From assembly GCA_965112735.1 (NCBI GenBank), contig OZ218955.1, positions 2,542,001-2,606,000 on the forward strand: 64,000 nucleotides of DNA, written 5' to 3'. Source of the stretch: Phaeosaccion multiseriatum (Eukaryota; Protista; Ochrophyta, other classes). Positions 24,451 to 38,441 of this stretch are shown piece by piece. The notes beneath the pieces were generated by a model, which saw nothing but the letters and a program-made list of their open reading frames with translations, had not been told where the DNA came from and did no database searches. The translations under genes were made by a program, and so were the position numbers. Position 1 is the stretch's first letter; each line of letters starts with the position of its first letter.

Positions 24451-25169
24451 GGGGTGCACGCGAAGGAGGCGATGGAGGAGGAGGACGGGCCCGCAGCTCA
24501 GCTCTGGGAGAAGAGAAGAAAGAGTCGGCCGAAAGCTGGAATGATCTCCAATCGAGATGTCTCTCTCTCGCTCCAAAGGAAGCTTCTCGCTCTGCCTGCT
24601 GTAGGATAGTAGTAAATATACATAAACGCATATACACAACAAAATGTCCGTGGGACAGTGGGTACCCCACGTACCCCACCCCTGCCCCTGCCGGTGCTGC
24701 GCTTCTTTCACTGGTGTGTGTGAGTGGCTCTGTGCTCACCCCCTTCTCGCCTGAGAGAGGCACAGACGGCCGCTTGGGGGGGGGCATGGGCCTGTCTCCT
24801 GTAGCCTCCGAAGGATATACCAATTCCGAAGGAGGATCAAGATTGCAACGCACTGAGAGAAGAAGGCGTGCTTCATTTTAGTATGCGAACAACGCCCTCT
24901 ACAGTAGCGCTTGTGTGTGCCAGCACTGCACTGCCCGCTCCAATGGTCAAGAAGGTGCTGTGCCGTGCAGAGAGCAGAGAGCCGAAAAGAGAGCTTGCCC
25001 GCCCCAGCACAAGACGCGAAGAAGCGGTGCCCCTCTCGCGGTCCCTTTTTTCGCCATACATTGGTGGGACAGGAATACAGCAGTCTACGCTCTGTCGTCG
25101 GCCCCAGCCCCACCGCCCGGCCCACACTTCATTCTAACTAAAAATGACCTAAACAATACTTAAGCTTAC

Positions 25170-27654
25170 TTAAGCGGTGGCAACCTTGGCGTGGAAGAGC
25201 TTGTTAAGCTTGAGCACCGAAGACATCCACATGGCACTGACAATGGCGAAGAGGAAGGCCAGCACAGGGGCGCCACCTAGGATGGAGCCGAAGATGACTA
25301 CCAGGCCTTGCTGCGCGAGGGCACCTCCGCTCTTGCCCAGTCGTGCTCCGAGCACATCGATGGCAGCCTGCCATAGGATAGGATGGGAGGAGGGGGGAGA
25401 GGGGAGGTGGGGGGGTTGTGAGCAGCGCAAGGGGCGAGCCGAGGAGGAGGACGAGGAGGAGGAGGGGGGGGGGGGAAGTGCAGCGTCCGTGCACAAGCTC
25501 CTTACTGTCCTTCTGCTCGGGGTATGTCTGTCGCTCACCTTGCCCTTGACCTTGCTCTCCTTGTCCAGCGGAATGTAGGCCATCTCCTTGGTGGGGTCGA
25601 ACAGGGCGTACTTGGTGCTCTTGGACAACACGTTTTGCACCATACCTGCACACACGCACACACACACACACAAGGGATCGAAGGAAGGAAAGGAAAAAAA
25701 AAGGGAAAGACGACAATTAACGAACGGTCTTTGCATGAGGCACTGGGCTGGCTGGGCTGGCAGGGCCGAAGACGGGGGCGGGCAGTGCCTCTGCAAAGGG
25801 AGCCTGTAGCCCGTAGGCTGGCTATGTGTGGAGCCTGGAAACTGGGAAGGGACCTTGACCTTGTCTCCCAACTACCCATTGATGTGTCTCATGCCATGGA
25901 CAAGCCCCACTCACGACTCACCAACGTAGACGGCGGTCATGAGTCGGCTGTGGGACTGCCGCACATCTCCAAAGGCGAGGAAACCGAAAAAGGGCGCTGA
26001 CAGCAGCGCCATCATCACGGGGGTCATCAGAGCTCCAACCTGAGGGGAAGGGGGAAGAGGAAGGTCACATCACGCCACAGGGGTGTATTGGGGAATAGGA
26101 GGTGGAGGGGGGAGCCGAAGACAACTTCCCCGGTAGCCAAGTGCGTATCTGTGTGGTGAGGACACAACACACCCACCCTTACACATGTACACACGTCTTA
26201 CGTAACCCTTGCATAAGCCTTACCTGCCAGCCGAGGTACTTGATGACGCGGTTTCCGATGAGCAGCATGAAGAAAGTGCACACCCCCACGATGGTGGAGT
26301 AGTCACTGTGGGGGGGAGGGGAGCAAGCAGATTGGTCATGAAGAATCAGATTGATTGGTCAGACAGACACACACAGAGAGAGAGAGAAGCCAAGCTAAGC
26401 GCGCAGCCCGCCCCGCCGCCCAAAGCAGCCGCCTCAGCGACAGGAAACAGTCAGGATACTCCATCCATTAGCTGCCATCCCGCTCTACATCAGCTGCAGA
26501 TTCCAACAGACTTCACAGCTGCAATACCTCCATTTCTTTTAGCTGCCACGCTCCCCCCCCCCCCCTCCTCCATCCGCTGCCATCCCCCGACACCAACTCC
26601 AACACCAAGACTCACCCCATGAAGGCCATGTAGTCGCTCTTGTCGGGGAAGGCAAGCTTCACGAGAGCCTTCCAGATGATCTCGGTGAACTCCATGGACA
26701 GCCCATAGCACACCACCATAGTGCCGATGCACAGCAGATACTTGGACTGGCTCAGGAACTAGCAGGCATAGGGGAGAGAAAGGGGTGTGTGGGGATCACT
26801 TTATTGACTTAAGGGGTGTGTGGGGTGGGGAAGGGGTGGTTGCGTGAGGGTGAGGCCGCAGGACAGGGGAATGGGCGAGAAGGGGAGGTGTGTGGCGTTG
26901 TGTGTCAAGTGCCAAGCGCCTCGGAGGCTCAAAGGAGAGGGACAGACAGACAGAACCAGAGGCAGCCCCCCCCTCTCTGCCTCCCTCCCCTCTCATCCAC
27001 TCACCTTGAAACTCTCAAGCAGTGACATCTTGGGCTTTTGCTTCTTTCCCTTCTTCTCCTCCTCCACGGGGTTATCCTTTGCGTGGAGGTGCTGCACCGT
27101 CTCGTACAGGCCCAGCACTAGCGCGCCCGCCGCAAGCATGGCGCCGCTCAGGATCTGCAAGAGAGGGAGAAGGGAAGGGGGAGGGGCATATGAAAGAGTG
27201 CCTCCCTCCGAGCTTTGCGCAAGAACTCCCAACCTGGCCCTTGGAAGCGTTATTCGTTCCAAGCCCTTCTCTCCGCCCCTTGCCTGCTCCTCTGTTGTCT
27301 CCCGTCCCGTCAGGTGGAGCAGCGCACCCCCCCCCCTCACCCAACCCTCCCTCCCTCCCTCCCCCTCCCTCCGCCTCCCTCCCTCCCACGCCCACCTTGA
27401 TGCTTCTCTCGAAGGAGGCGTCATCGGACAGAGACTTGTCACGGTGTCTGTGGCAGAATGAGGGGTGGATGGCAGTGGATGGGGGGGAGCACTTGATGTG
27501 AGCAAAAATCAGCTGGAGACCGGAGAGAAGGAGAGGGAAAGAGAGAGATGACAAGACGCAACCAAAAGCCACATGTCCAGCCAGCCAGGGACTCTCGAAA
27601 CAAGGACGGCGTGAGGGAGGGAGCAGTGTGTCACAGAACTTAAATGGGACTAAC

Positions 27655-27685
<31 letters not shown>

Positions 27686-29459
27686 ACACACCAACGCACG
27701 CACGCACACCCACACAAGCACCCACACACATCCCTAACGTAGAGACACATACACATACACAAACCTGGATACGTAAGCCATGGTCTGGCCCGACGCAATC
27801 GGGGCGAGGTTTCCAATGAGCGCGAGGAGGGGGTACAGGCGCTTGGCTTGCGTCACGGGGGTCACTTCGTTGGCACACGTCCAGAACAGCAGCGGCACTC
27901 CCGCCTGGGGACAGTCACAGATGGACACGATGCGATGGCAATGGACACACAAAGAGGGCACACAATGGACACAAGAAGAGAGGAGGTTTTTTCAGGAGAA
28001 GGGAGGGGTGAGGGTCTCTAACGAAGGTGAGGCGAGGGGTAAGGCGAGCCCAGGGGGGCTCGAAAAGGGCACAGTGGCTGTACAGTGCAGAGGCTCCGCC
28101 CTGCGCCCCCCCCACTCTCCCCACCCTCCTCCTCCTGCTCGTGGCAGCACTTACCGACCCCCAGAGCTCGGACACGATGTAGTACACGCTGAAGAGCCAA
28201 AAGCGTCCGAGGTTGATCAGGTAGGCCATAGGGTTCTCATCCATGCTCAGGGCCCCGTCAGAATGGTGCAGCTAAGGAGATGGATGGGCACAACAGAAGG
28301 AGGGAGGAGGAGGAGGAGGAGGAGTACGAGGAGGAGGGGGGATGGGGGGGCAGAGGGAGAAGGGACGGGACAGGGGTTAGGGCGAGGGGTGGGATGGGAG
28401 AGACAAGCGGGGCGAGTGAGTGCTTTTCTGAGGGGGAGGGCAGCCAGCCAGGGGTCTTATCAACTTCTCATCTGGGAGGATGATGGAGCCAAGAAAGCTG
28501 CAGTAGAGCAGTGCACCCCCTCTTGTTGGGGTGATGTTAAAGGTGGGATGTGATGCTCTTTGCTCCTTCCTACTTACCTTGCCCCTTAGCGGGTACAGCA
28601 CGAAGGCGAAGATGCCGTAGAAGGCGAAGAAGGGGAGGATGGTGAGGCGGAACAGCATCTGCTGCGACACTTTGTTGCTGAGCCAGTTATAGAAGAGCAT
28701 GAACAGGGCCGCCGCAGGAACCACGCCGTACACCTGGAGTGGAGGGCAGTAGAGAGGGAGGGGAGGGAGGGAGGGAGGGAGGCCTCAGTTTCAGTTCCAG
28801 CTTGTTTGAAGAAGGAGCTCTGCTATGATACAAGCACATCCCCAATTCATCTCGTCTCCTCTGAGTCCAAGTGCAAGCCTTACACGCAAGCCTCACTAAC
28901 TGACCTTGAGGAAGGCGATTGCCTCCGCCCCGCAGTTGGTCACGATAAGCGTGTCCTTGGTGTCTCTGTGCAGCGAGGAGGGCGAGCGGGGAAGGGTCGA
29001 GGGGCGGGGTGCAGGGGCTTAGACGCCCCCCTTTGTATGGTTGTGTGTGTGCGTGTGTGCGTGCATATGTCAACTCTGACAAGTACCTGGTCATGGTGAA
29101 GATGTAAATGATCCAAAACATCATGCTGCTCATGGCCACGAACTTGGGCAGCTCGTGCCGCTCCACATTCAGAATCTTGGGGGGGGGGAGCACGCAGAGG
29201 CAGAGAGGTGGAGGCAGCGGCTTGCAGAGGTGAGCGGGGGCAATCGCAGTGACAGAGGCGCCTCACTGAGAGTCTGGAAGGGTAGAGATGCAACACCTCT
29301 CGGTCTCGCCTCAGCCGCAGATCGCGCGCTTACCTTCGTGAGGATGCTCCCCACGAAGCCTCCCCTCACTTTGGCTGCTGGCGCATCCCCTAGGCCCTCC
29401 AAGGGTGTGCCTGTGCCACTGCTGTCACCGCTATCACTGCTGCTGCTGTCACTGTTATC

Positions 29460-29524
<65 letters not shown>

Positions 29525-30279
29525 ATTCTCTTCTCGTGCAGATTCCACCGATGCACTCTGCCACGCCCGAGGACTCACCCTCGATCCCACTACTGCTACT
29601 GCTGATACCGCCCTCATCTTCCTCACTGGCGTCTAGAAGCGCCGTTGCTGCTGACGGTGGGCTCCCCGCCCCCGCCCCTGCCCCTGCCCCTGCCCCACCC
29701 CCCCGGTAAGCCATCGCCCGATGCAGTTCGCTATACTGGTGCGGCACACCGAAGGCCCCCGTGGAGTGCAAGCCGAGCTGGCGCTTCCTTGGGACGGTGA
29801 GGCCGCCATTTCCTGTGGTGGCAGTGCATGCACCAAAAGAGAAGGAGAGAGAGAGAGAGAAAGAGAGAGGGAGAGGGAGACAGAGGAAAGGGAGGGAGAG
29901 GGGATGGGGAAGTGAGAGGTGCGTTAGAAGGGAGGGTATCAAGCACCAACACATAGACCATAGAGCTACGAGAATATAACTGGCTTCCTCAACAGAGGCG
30001 GCCTCGTCCTCTCTTCCCGGCCCTATGCACCACGCATTCTCCAGAAGCGTCAAATCACTGGATGCAAATGATAAAGGCCTGCATATGCAGCAATATTCAA
30101 GCAGGCCTTGGCGGCTGCCTGAGCCGCTGTTGGACTGTGCAACGATGCGAGCCCTCACCTCCTCTACTCGCGCTCCTGCTACTACTACTACTACTGCCGC
30201 TGCCCAAAGCGCCTACCAAAGCAACTTCGGACGCGACCACTGCTGCTAGTGCTAGCAGCAGCACCCCCGCCTTTGCCAT
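25170..30279 (-). CDS. NTT: Plastid-type nucleotide transporter (NTT/Tlc ATP/ADP translocase family), multi-exon, with N-terminal signal peptide
   Basis: Spliced motifs RDTKDTLIVTNCGAEAIAFLK, YYIVSELWGS, LFWTCANEVT..AKRLYP, LSKSTKYALFDPTKEMAYIPLDKESKVKGK, AAIDVLGARLGKSGG. N-terminus MAKAGVLLLALAAVVA. Confidence 0.95.
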
Positions 30280-30450
30280 GGTGTATTGGTCTCTTGCTTG
30301 TCTGTAACACACGAGGGTTGATGTGGAAAAAATTGGGTGCAAGTACATGTTTTTCACCCTCTGGTGCCATCTGGGCTGCCTAATAGTAATTCGATGACCA
30401 AACTGCCGGAAAAAGAAAAAAGCCCCCATATACGCATAGAATCTAACGGC

Positions 30451-33400
30451 ATGGCGTGCTTGATCGCCAGCAGGAGGCTGTCCTCCACTCTGCTGGCGTG
30501 CCTTTTCTTTCTTTGCTGCTGCCTCAGCTTGGGCCTGTGTTTTCAGAGCCCTCTCCCGCTCCTACCCAGAGCCACGAGAAGGGCAAGGCCAGGGTGGTCC
30601 TGTGGGCCCAGGCCCGCAACCATTGTGTGTAGAGCAGTAGCAGTAGGAGGAGGAGGAAGGGGAGGGGGAGAAGGAGGAAGAGGAGGAGAGGACGGCGCGG
30701 CTCCAGCGTCTCAGGGAGGTGCCATTGTGGAGAGGTCCCATGCCTCAATGTGGGACTATCTTAATGTGCGGCCACCGCAGATGCAGCCCGGAGACCCCGA
30801 CGACTTGTATGCGGTACTAGGCGTGTCCTCTACCGCCACGAGCAAGCAGATCAAGGCTGCTTACAGGCAGCTGGCGAAACGCACGCATCCCGACATGAAT
30901 GCTTCCCCGGCCGCTAGGCAAAGGTTTCACCAGGTCACTCAGGCGTACTATACCCTCGGCGACCCCGGCAAACGATCAACGTACGATCAAGGAAGATTTC
31001 TTCGGAAAGTAGCCAGGAATATTGCTGTGGTCGCATTCGCCACAACGACGGAAATCGCCATTCCCCTCGTTAAGAACATTGCCGACAACATAAACAAAGG
31101 GGCTAACTGGCTCTTCGGGCTCGGGCGGCCCGGGGTGGAGCAGCTGGCGACAGCGGCACCCGAGAAGCAGGTGGGGGGGGAGGGGGGGAGGGACCCTGCT
31201 TCCGTGGCAGGAGGAGTGGCAGTGCTGGAAAGGGAGTCAGTGGCGGGTGGGGAAGCAATGGTGTTCGAGCGCCGCCCCGGGACGGTAGCAGTGGCAGCAG
31301 AGCATCGGCAAGTACTACAGGAAACACCCATCGCTCCTGCAGCGGAGATCAGTAGGGAAGAGGAGGAAGCAGCCGGAGCAGCATGGCATGTGTCAGGGGA
31401 GGAGATGGACGAGAAGACCATGCAAAGGGACGACAGGGAGAAGGGGGGCGAGAAGGTGATGCAGCGGCAAGAGCAAGCTGTGGAGAATGAGCAGGGCGGG
31501 GCGCGCGTCGGCAAGAAGCGAAGGAGGAGGAGAGCCTCTTCCGGAGCACAAAAGGAAGGAGCAGTGAGTCAGAGGAGGTTAATGGTGAGTGGACAGAGGT
31601 CTTCAGACGGCTCATTCATCCACACACAAACGCTCCCTGTTCTGTCCCACAAATCATCGGTCGAAGCTCACACACCGTCCAACGCTCTGTGTAACAGAAG
31701 CAAGGGGAATCTCTTTCTGTCTAACACAAGCAAGGGGAAGGTGTTGAACACAAGCAAGGGGAATCTCTTTCTGTCTAACACAAGCAAGGGGAATCTCTTT
31801 CTGTCTAACAGAAGCAAGGGGAATCTCTTTCTGTCTATCACAAGCAAGGGGAATCTCCTTCTGTCTAACACAAGCAAGGGGAATCTCTTTCTGCCTAACA
31901 CAAGCAAGGGGAATCTCTTTCTGCCTAACACAAGCAAGGGGAATCTCTTTCTGTCTAACACAAGCAAGGGGAATCTCTTTCTGTCTAACACAAGCAAGGG
32001 GAATGTCTTTCTGTCTAACACAAGCAAGGGGAATCTCTTTCTGTCTCTTTGAGCGTCGAACCGCTCCATCTTGTGCGCCGCCCCCCCCCCCCCCTGCCCC
32101 CTCCTTCCTCCAACTGACTCCGCCCCTCCTCACGCATACTCCGGCACCCAACCCCACCCCTACTCCCCACACATTGATTGAATGATTGGCATGGCACCAC
32201 GGCACCTTAGCTGCTGCTTGCCCTGGAGGAGGAGCGGAGGGCCAAGTCGATGCTGAACCTCTCCAAGAACGAGGGGCTCATGGCAAGGGTGCTCGTGCAG
32301 GTGCGTGCGTGCGTGCGCGGATGAGGATGGGCAGTCATCGAGTCTGTGTCTGTCTGCCTGTCTGTCTGTCTCTCTGTCTATCTGTGTCTGCCTGTCTCTC
32401 TGTCTATATGTGTCTGTCTGTCTTGTCGGTCTGTCTGTCTGTCTGTCTGCCTGTCTGCTGCCTATCTCTCTTTCTGTCCATCGGTCTCTCTGTCTGTCTG
32501 CGGGTCTGTCTCTCTGTCTCTCCATCTCTCTTCTGTCTTTCTCTCTTTCTGTCTGTCTTGTGTCTCGTGTGCCCTTTACCGGCTGCATCGCTAGCTGCAG
32601 CTGCATTCTCTTCCTTCTCCGTGAGTCGGGCTGCGGGGGAAGAGACGGCACTCGCTGCTCAAGTACTGCGTATCAACCAGAGAGGACAAACAATTAAGAC
32701 CATGGCTTCATTTTCCGCCATGCCCCCGCCCCAATTTGCGTGACATCATCCCGTGAGCAGGAGGAGTCTATGGCACTGTTGCGCATCTGCAGAGACATTA
32801 ATCGCGACGTCAAGGCGCGAGAAGAAGCCATCGCACAACTCGGCCTGGTACGGCGGGATAGGGAAGGGTAGGGTCGGGTAGGGTGGGTGAGAGGTGCTGC
32901 CTGGGGACGCACTGACGAGGAGAGGCGAAGGCGGCTCGGGCTCAGGATGGACGGAGGACGGGAGGGAGGGATCGGAAGGTACCGCGGTTGCTGCGTTTTG
33001 ATGCGAGATCTCACGCCCCGCAACCTGTGTCCTCCTCCTCCTCCCCCCCCTCCCCCTTCCCCTCCTCTTCCCCCTCCTCCCCCTCCTCCTCTGACGGATG
33101 ACGTCATTGGCTTGATCATTAGGCGGACTGGCAAGTGCGCAAAGCCAGGGTCCTCGTGGCCGATGCTGAGGATCGAATCCGCGGTTACGTGGACGAGCGG
33201 CAGCAGGTGGGACTGACTGACTGGCTGACTGACTGACTGACTGACTGACTGACTGGCTGGCTGACTGGCTGACCGACACCCGACTGAATGACTGAACTGC
33301 AGGCCCCCGACCTGTGTGAGGCCTGAAGTAGTTGTAATGCAAGGGAGGAAAGCCCCGTGAAGCCTCATGTTGCTGACGCGCTGTTACCCTCGGCATGTGT

Positions 33401-34006
33401 GTGTGTGTGTGTGTGTGTGCTTGCGTGTGCGTGTGTGTGTGCGTGTGTGTGGCTTGGCAGGTGGTGGAGAGGCTGGGCCGGGCCGCTATCTTGGAGCGCA
33501 CCACTGAGCAGAAGCAGAGGACCGCCGTGGAGCACCAGGTACATGGACTTACCGCCCGTATGCCCCCATATGCCTACGTCTGACCGCCCGTAGGCCTCCA
33601 TATGCCTACGTCTGACCGCCCGTAGGCCTCCACACGCCCACTGCCTAACAGCCCATATACCTCCATATGCCGTTGCCCTCACGCTGTCTGGGGTTGGGCC
33701 GGACGGGCCGCTGCTGTGAGCAGATTCTACTTCTCTTCTAGTGCCTGTATACTAGGAATGCCTTGCAAGAGAGACCTTGAGACCTTCATCCCTTCACTCA
33801 CTCACAACGAGCGGTCTTTGACCCTTGTCGCTGATGCCCCGCCCCCGGCACCCGTGTGGACTGACTCACAGATGCGCATCGCGGCTCTGAAGGTGCAACT
33901 CGTGGACTTGGTCAGGGCGGACATGGGACCGCGAGATGAGTTCGACCCTGCGACCCCAACGACACAGGCAGAGGCCCATGCAGAGGCAGAGCCCCTCACC
34001 ACTTGA
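30451..34006 (+). CDS. Probably plastid-targeted DnaJ-domain (type III) protein with coiled-coil C-terminus
   Basis: J-domain DLYAVLGV..IKAAYRQLAKRTHPD..LGDPGKRSTYD. Signal peptide ends GLC-FQSP (ASAFAP-like Phe). Phase-0 exons ~30451-31583, 32211-32300, 32761-32847, 33123-33206, 33461-33538, 33873-34006. Confidence 0.85.
31690..32050. repeat. 30-bp minisatellite (~12 copies), intronic
   Basis: Unit AACACAAGCAAGGGGAATCTCTTTCTGTCT; lies after the ATG|GTGAGT donor at 31583. Confidence 0.95.
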
Positions 34007-34244
34007 GCTTGACAAGGGCACTGACATAGGCGCAGGTGCTCGCGCAGACCCTCACGACTTCCACCTCCGTCACTTGGTTGGCTGTGGCATGGGGGGGGGA
34101 CTGACCGGCCTGGAGCGGCGCATACGGGTCGCGGGCACCGGGGGGGGGGGTGTCAAGCCGGGTGCTGCCCGTGGGTGGGTAGGTGGGTGGACAGACGTGT
34201 GTGTACAGTATGTGTGTACATAAGATAGGCGTACGTAAGCGTCA

Positions 34245-34490
<246 letters not shown>

Positions 34491-35458
34491 CTATCCGGTG
34501 CGGCTCGCTGACATGGGGGAGCTTCTCACGTGGCGGAGAGACAGAGACATCGAAGACAATTGCCCCCAGCAGGGCAGTACAAGCAAGTATCGGTGTCGTC
34601 CTCCCTCCCTGTCCGAGCATGGCAACGGCCGGGGCTGGGGGGGGGAGCCCTGCAGGAGTGGAGTGGAGTGGAGTGGAGTGCTGACGTGGAGACCGGAGGC
34701 TTTGGACTGGTGATAAACAACTGGAAAGTGGAATCTTCTGCTCGGAAATTACTTACAGAGGACGGCTGCACAGGCTACTGCAACACAACAAAAAGGTGGA
34801 TGGCAGCGGGCAGCAGCATATCATACCTTTCGTTCTTCGCTCACCACGAGGGCCAGAGAGGCGACTTTGGCGAGGGGGGCGTTTTTCAGCTCCTCGGAGA
34901 CACAGGCCCTCTCACTGCCTTCCTTCCCTTCTCCTCTCGGCGCGACTCTAATCCGCCACACGCAGCGCCACTGCGAAGGACGGCGACATCGGTGAGGGCG
35001 GGCCTTCCGCCGCCTTCTGCTTGCGTTGTGCTGCCCTCCACCTTCTGCTGCCTTCTGACGGCGTTGCTGGGCCATTGAAGGGCGTTGCTGCGCTCTCTTC
35101 CTCAGCGCCGCCGTGTGCCTTGCCTTCATTGCCTTGGTGTTCCTGACAACCAACGGAGTGTTGATGTTGGGCCCCGCACTGCGCCCCGAAGAAGGACAGA
35201 GGCGGTGGGGGACGGGTGTACAGAGTGGGCGTAGTATACACCCACGTACTCTGCCCCTGCTGCAGCACAAGTGCGACGATGCAGCAGCCGCCTTGTGCCC
35301 CTCCGTGAGGGAGGGCGTGTCTGTCTGTCTGCCTGTCTGTCTGTCTGTCTGTCCCTTGTTGTCCAGTGCTGTTGGCGTGTCCGGTCTTTGGTCGCTTGGG
35401 GTGCAGGGGCGGCCTGCTGTACCTTTCACCTTTCACCTATCTCGTCACCTCTGCCCCT

Positions 35459-37652
35459 TCACCCCTTCGCACTACGTTGGTCTCCGAGCGAGAGCGCCGT
35501 CTTGGTGATGTGCCGGAGGAAGGCCTTGCTTGGAGGGAGGAACATGCGGCGCGGTGGCCGCTCCTCCTCCAATTCAGCGGTGCCGTTGCAGGCGAAGAGA
35601 GATTGCGATCTGGAGTCCCTTTCCGCCTGTGTGAGCCCCGGGGAGGGGGAAGGAGGAGGGACAGGGGAGGGGATGGGGGAGAGATTCGTCATCACACTGG
35701 AGAGACACGTTCGGTGGAGGGATTGTTATTGGTTAAGGTCTAGGGCACTGGGATCGTGTTATTGTAATGGCTATGGTCTATTGTTGAAAAGAGCCTCAAT
35801 TGAGCCGAAGCTGAATAATAGTGCACCAAGAAGAATAATCACGGTCATGATGGACGCTCTCACCTCGGCTTCTGCTGGCGAGGGCGACGCCATGGAGTCC
35901 ACAAAGTCTCCCGAGGAGGGATCGAGAAGGAGCTGCCCGTGAGGAGTGTGCATGACAGCCATAGCCTCGGAGGGGAGAGGCTCGAGCACGCCTGTGTGCA
36001 CTTTACCCGCTGCCTGGAAGTAAGGCAGCACCCACGCCTGTTTGGGAGGGTGGGGGGAGGGAGGGGGAGGAGCGAGGAGGGAGGGAGGGGAGTGAGGGAG
36101 GAGGGAGGAGGGAGGAGGGGAGGGAGGGGGGGGGAGGGAGGGGGGGAAGGGGAGGGAGGGAGAGTGATAGGTGAGGGAGGGAGAGGAGACCATTTAGCTT
36201 GGGAAGATGCTAACAGGCCATGAGGGCATGTCGTGCCTCGCCCCCCCTCCCTCCAGGAACATCTCCTCTCCTCTCCTCTCCCGCGTGTGGCGTGTGCCCC
36301 GTGTGCCCCCCCTCCTGCGCTCTACTGCTCCCCCCGGATCGACTGCCCGCTCGCTCCCCGGACCTTTCTCACCTGATGTGCCTCCTTGGCTAGCACCAAG
36401 TCTTGCGGAGGCCACACCCACACATTGCCCTGCACACCAAGGGAAAGGGCGGCAGGCAGCAGAGGGCAGGACAGTACTTGGTGTCAGAGGCCGCAGAGGG
36501 CACGACAGTACTTGGTGTCAGAGGCAGCAGAGGGCAGGACAGTACTTGGTGTCAGAGGCCGCAGAGGGCACGACAGTACTTGGTGTCAGAGGCAGCAGAG
36601 GGCAGGACAGTACTTGGGGTCGTGTGTCAGAGGAGGAGGAGGCACACGTCACAACGTCACACTCTTCTCTCTTCGGCCTTGACTTGGGCTCAACTCGAAT
36701 CCGACTCACACGTTGTCTGCTGTGCCCCCGGTGGTGGAAAGGCCGAATACCAGGGAAGCCTCCTCCGCCCCCTCCATCTGTGCTGGAGTCTCCTCCTGAA
36801 CTCGCAAGGGAGATGCCGCAGTGACTTGAGCCTGTGTGTGTGGGGAGGAGCAGTGCAAACGGTGTAGACAGAGGGAGGGGAGAGAGGGAGGGAGTGAGGG
36901 AGTGAGTGAGTGAGTGTGAGAGAGAGAAGAGTGAGTGAGTGAGTGAGCGTGAGAGAGAGAAGAGTGAGTTGAGTGAGTGAACGAGTGTGGTGAGTGAACA
37001 AGTACATGATTGAGTGGGTGAGCAAGAGAGCAGAGTGCTGTGTGGTGCTGCTGCCCTCCTCCTCCCCCCCCTTACCTGCCACGGAATGATCCAGGAAGTC
37101 TCCTTTAAGCGTCTCCACCCCCAGCAGGGCCTCGTAGGCAAGCAGAAGGCCCAGCCCGGACGAGAAGCGGAATCCGGCCTGAACAGATGGAGAGGTGGAT
37201 GGACAGGGCAGAGGGCAGGGCAGAGGTGGATGGACAGAGGCGTATGGGCAGGGCAGGGCGGAGGAGAACATGAGATGAAGGGGAGGTGAGGGAAGGACCG
37301 ACACTATCGCACGCCCCCCCTCCTCCCACCCCCCCCCCCCCTGCCCTTCCCCCCTCCCCAGCCCCTGTAGAGTCCCTGCCCCTCTGGAGGCCCTGCCTCT
37401 CTATCTAGAGGCCCTGCCCCACGCTCGCACGCACCGTCGGCCCTGCCACATGCGTCTGCTCTGCAAGGAAGGCCCCTGCCACTTTAAACACCTCCTGGAA
37501 GGAAGCCTCGGGGCCCGCCAAGAGCCCCGCTGCAGCCTTCTTCAGATACGCACACAGCTTGTCTTGCCGCACCTCCTGCTTGTGAAGTGAGGGCGAGGGG
37601 GTGAGGGTGAGGGTGAGGGTGAGGGTGAGAGTGAGGGTCAGAGTGAGAGTGA

Positions 37653-37711
<59 letters not shown>

Positions 37712-37736
37712 AGAGTAAGGGTGAGAGTGAGGGTGA

Positions 37737-37813
<77 letters not shown>

Positions 37814-37834
37814 AGGTGTTGAGGGGGTGAGGGG

Positions 37835-37877
<43 letters not shown>

Positions 37878-38407
37878 GTGAGGGTGAGGGGGTGAGGGTG
37901 AGGGTGAGGGTGAGGGGCTGAGAGTGAGGGGGTGAGGGTGAGGGGCTGAGAGTGAGGGGGTGAGGGTGAGGGGGTGAGGGTGAGGTGAGAGGGTGAGGGG
38001 CTGAGGGTACACTTGCCAGGTCTGAAAGCTCAATACCCTCCCTCGTCATGTCCTCCTCCACCTCCTCCAGCATGGCCTGCTCCGTGGGCATGTTCAAGGG
38101 GTCGCAAGTTACATTCAAGAAGGTGCGAGCCTTGAGCATCTCCACCTGTATGTCCACCAAGGGTAGCAGTTGGTGATACAGGGTCAGGGTTAGGGGCAAG
38201 GGCAGGGGGCGGGGGGCGGGGGGAGGGGGAAGGGCAGGGACAGGGGCAAGGGTGAGGGTGAGGGTGAAGGTGAGGGTGAAGGTGAGGGTGAGGGTGAAGG
38301 TGAGGGTGAAGGTGAAGGTGAAGGTGAGGGTGAGGGTGAGGGTGAAGGTGAAGGTGAAAGTGAAGGTCAGGGTGAGGGTGAAGGTTAGGGTGAGGGTGAA
38401 GGTGAAG

Positions 38408-38441
<34 letters not shown>

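Noticed and set aside
31584-32052. C-terminal SKGNLFLSNT repeats on the DnaJ ORF
   Set aside because: They lie downstream of a consensus donor at 31583, and in-phase coding exons resume at 32211, so this is an intronic minisatellite.
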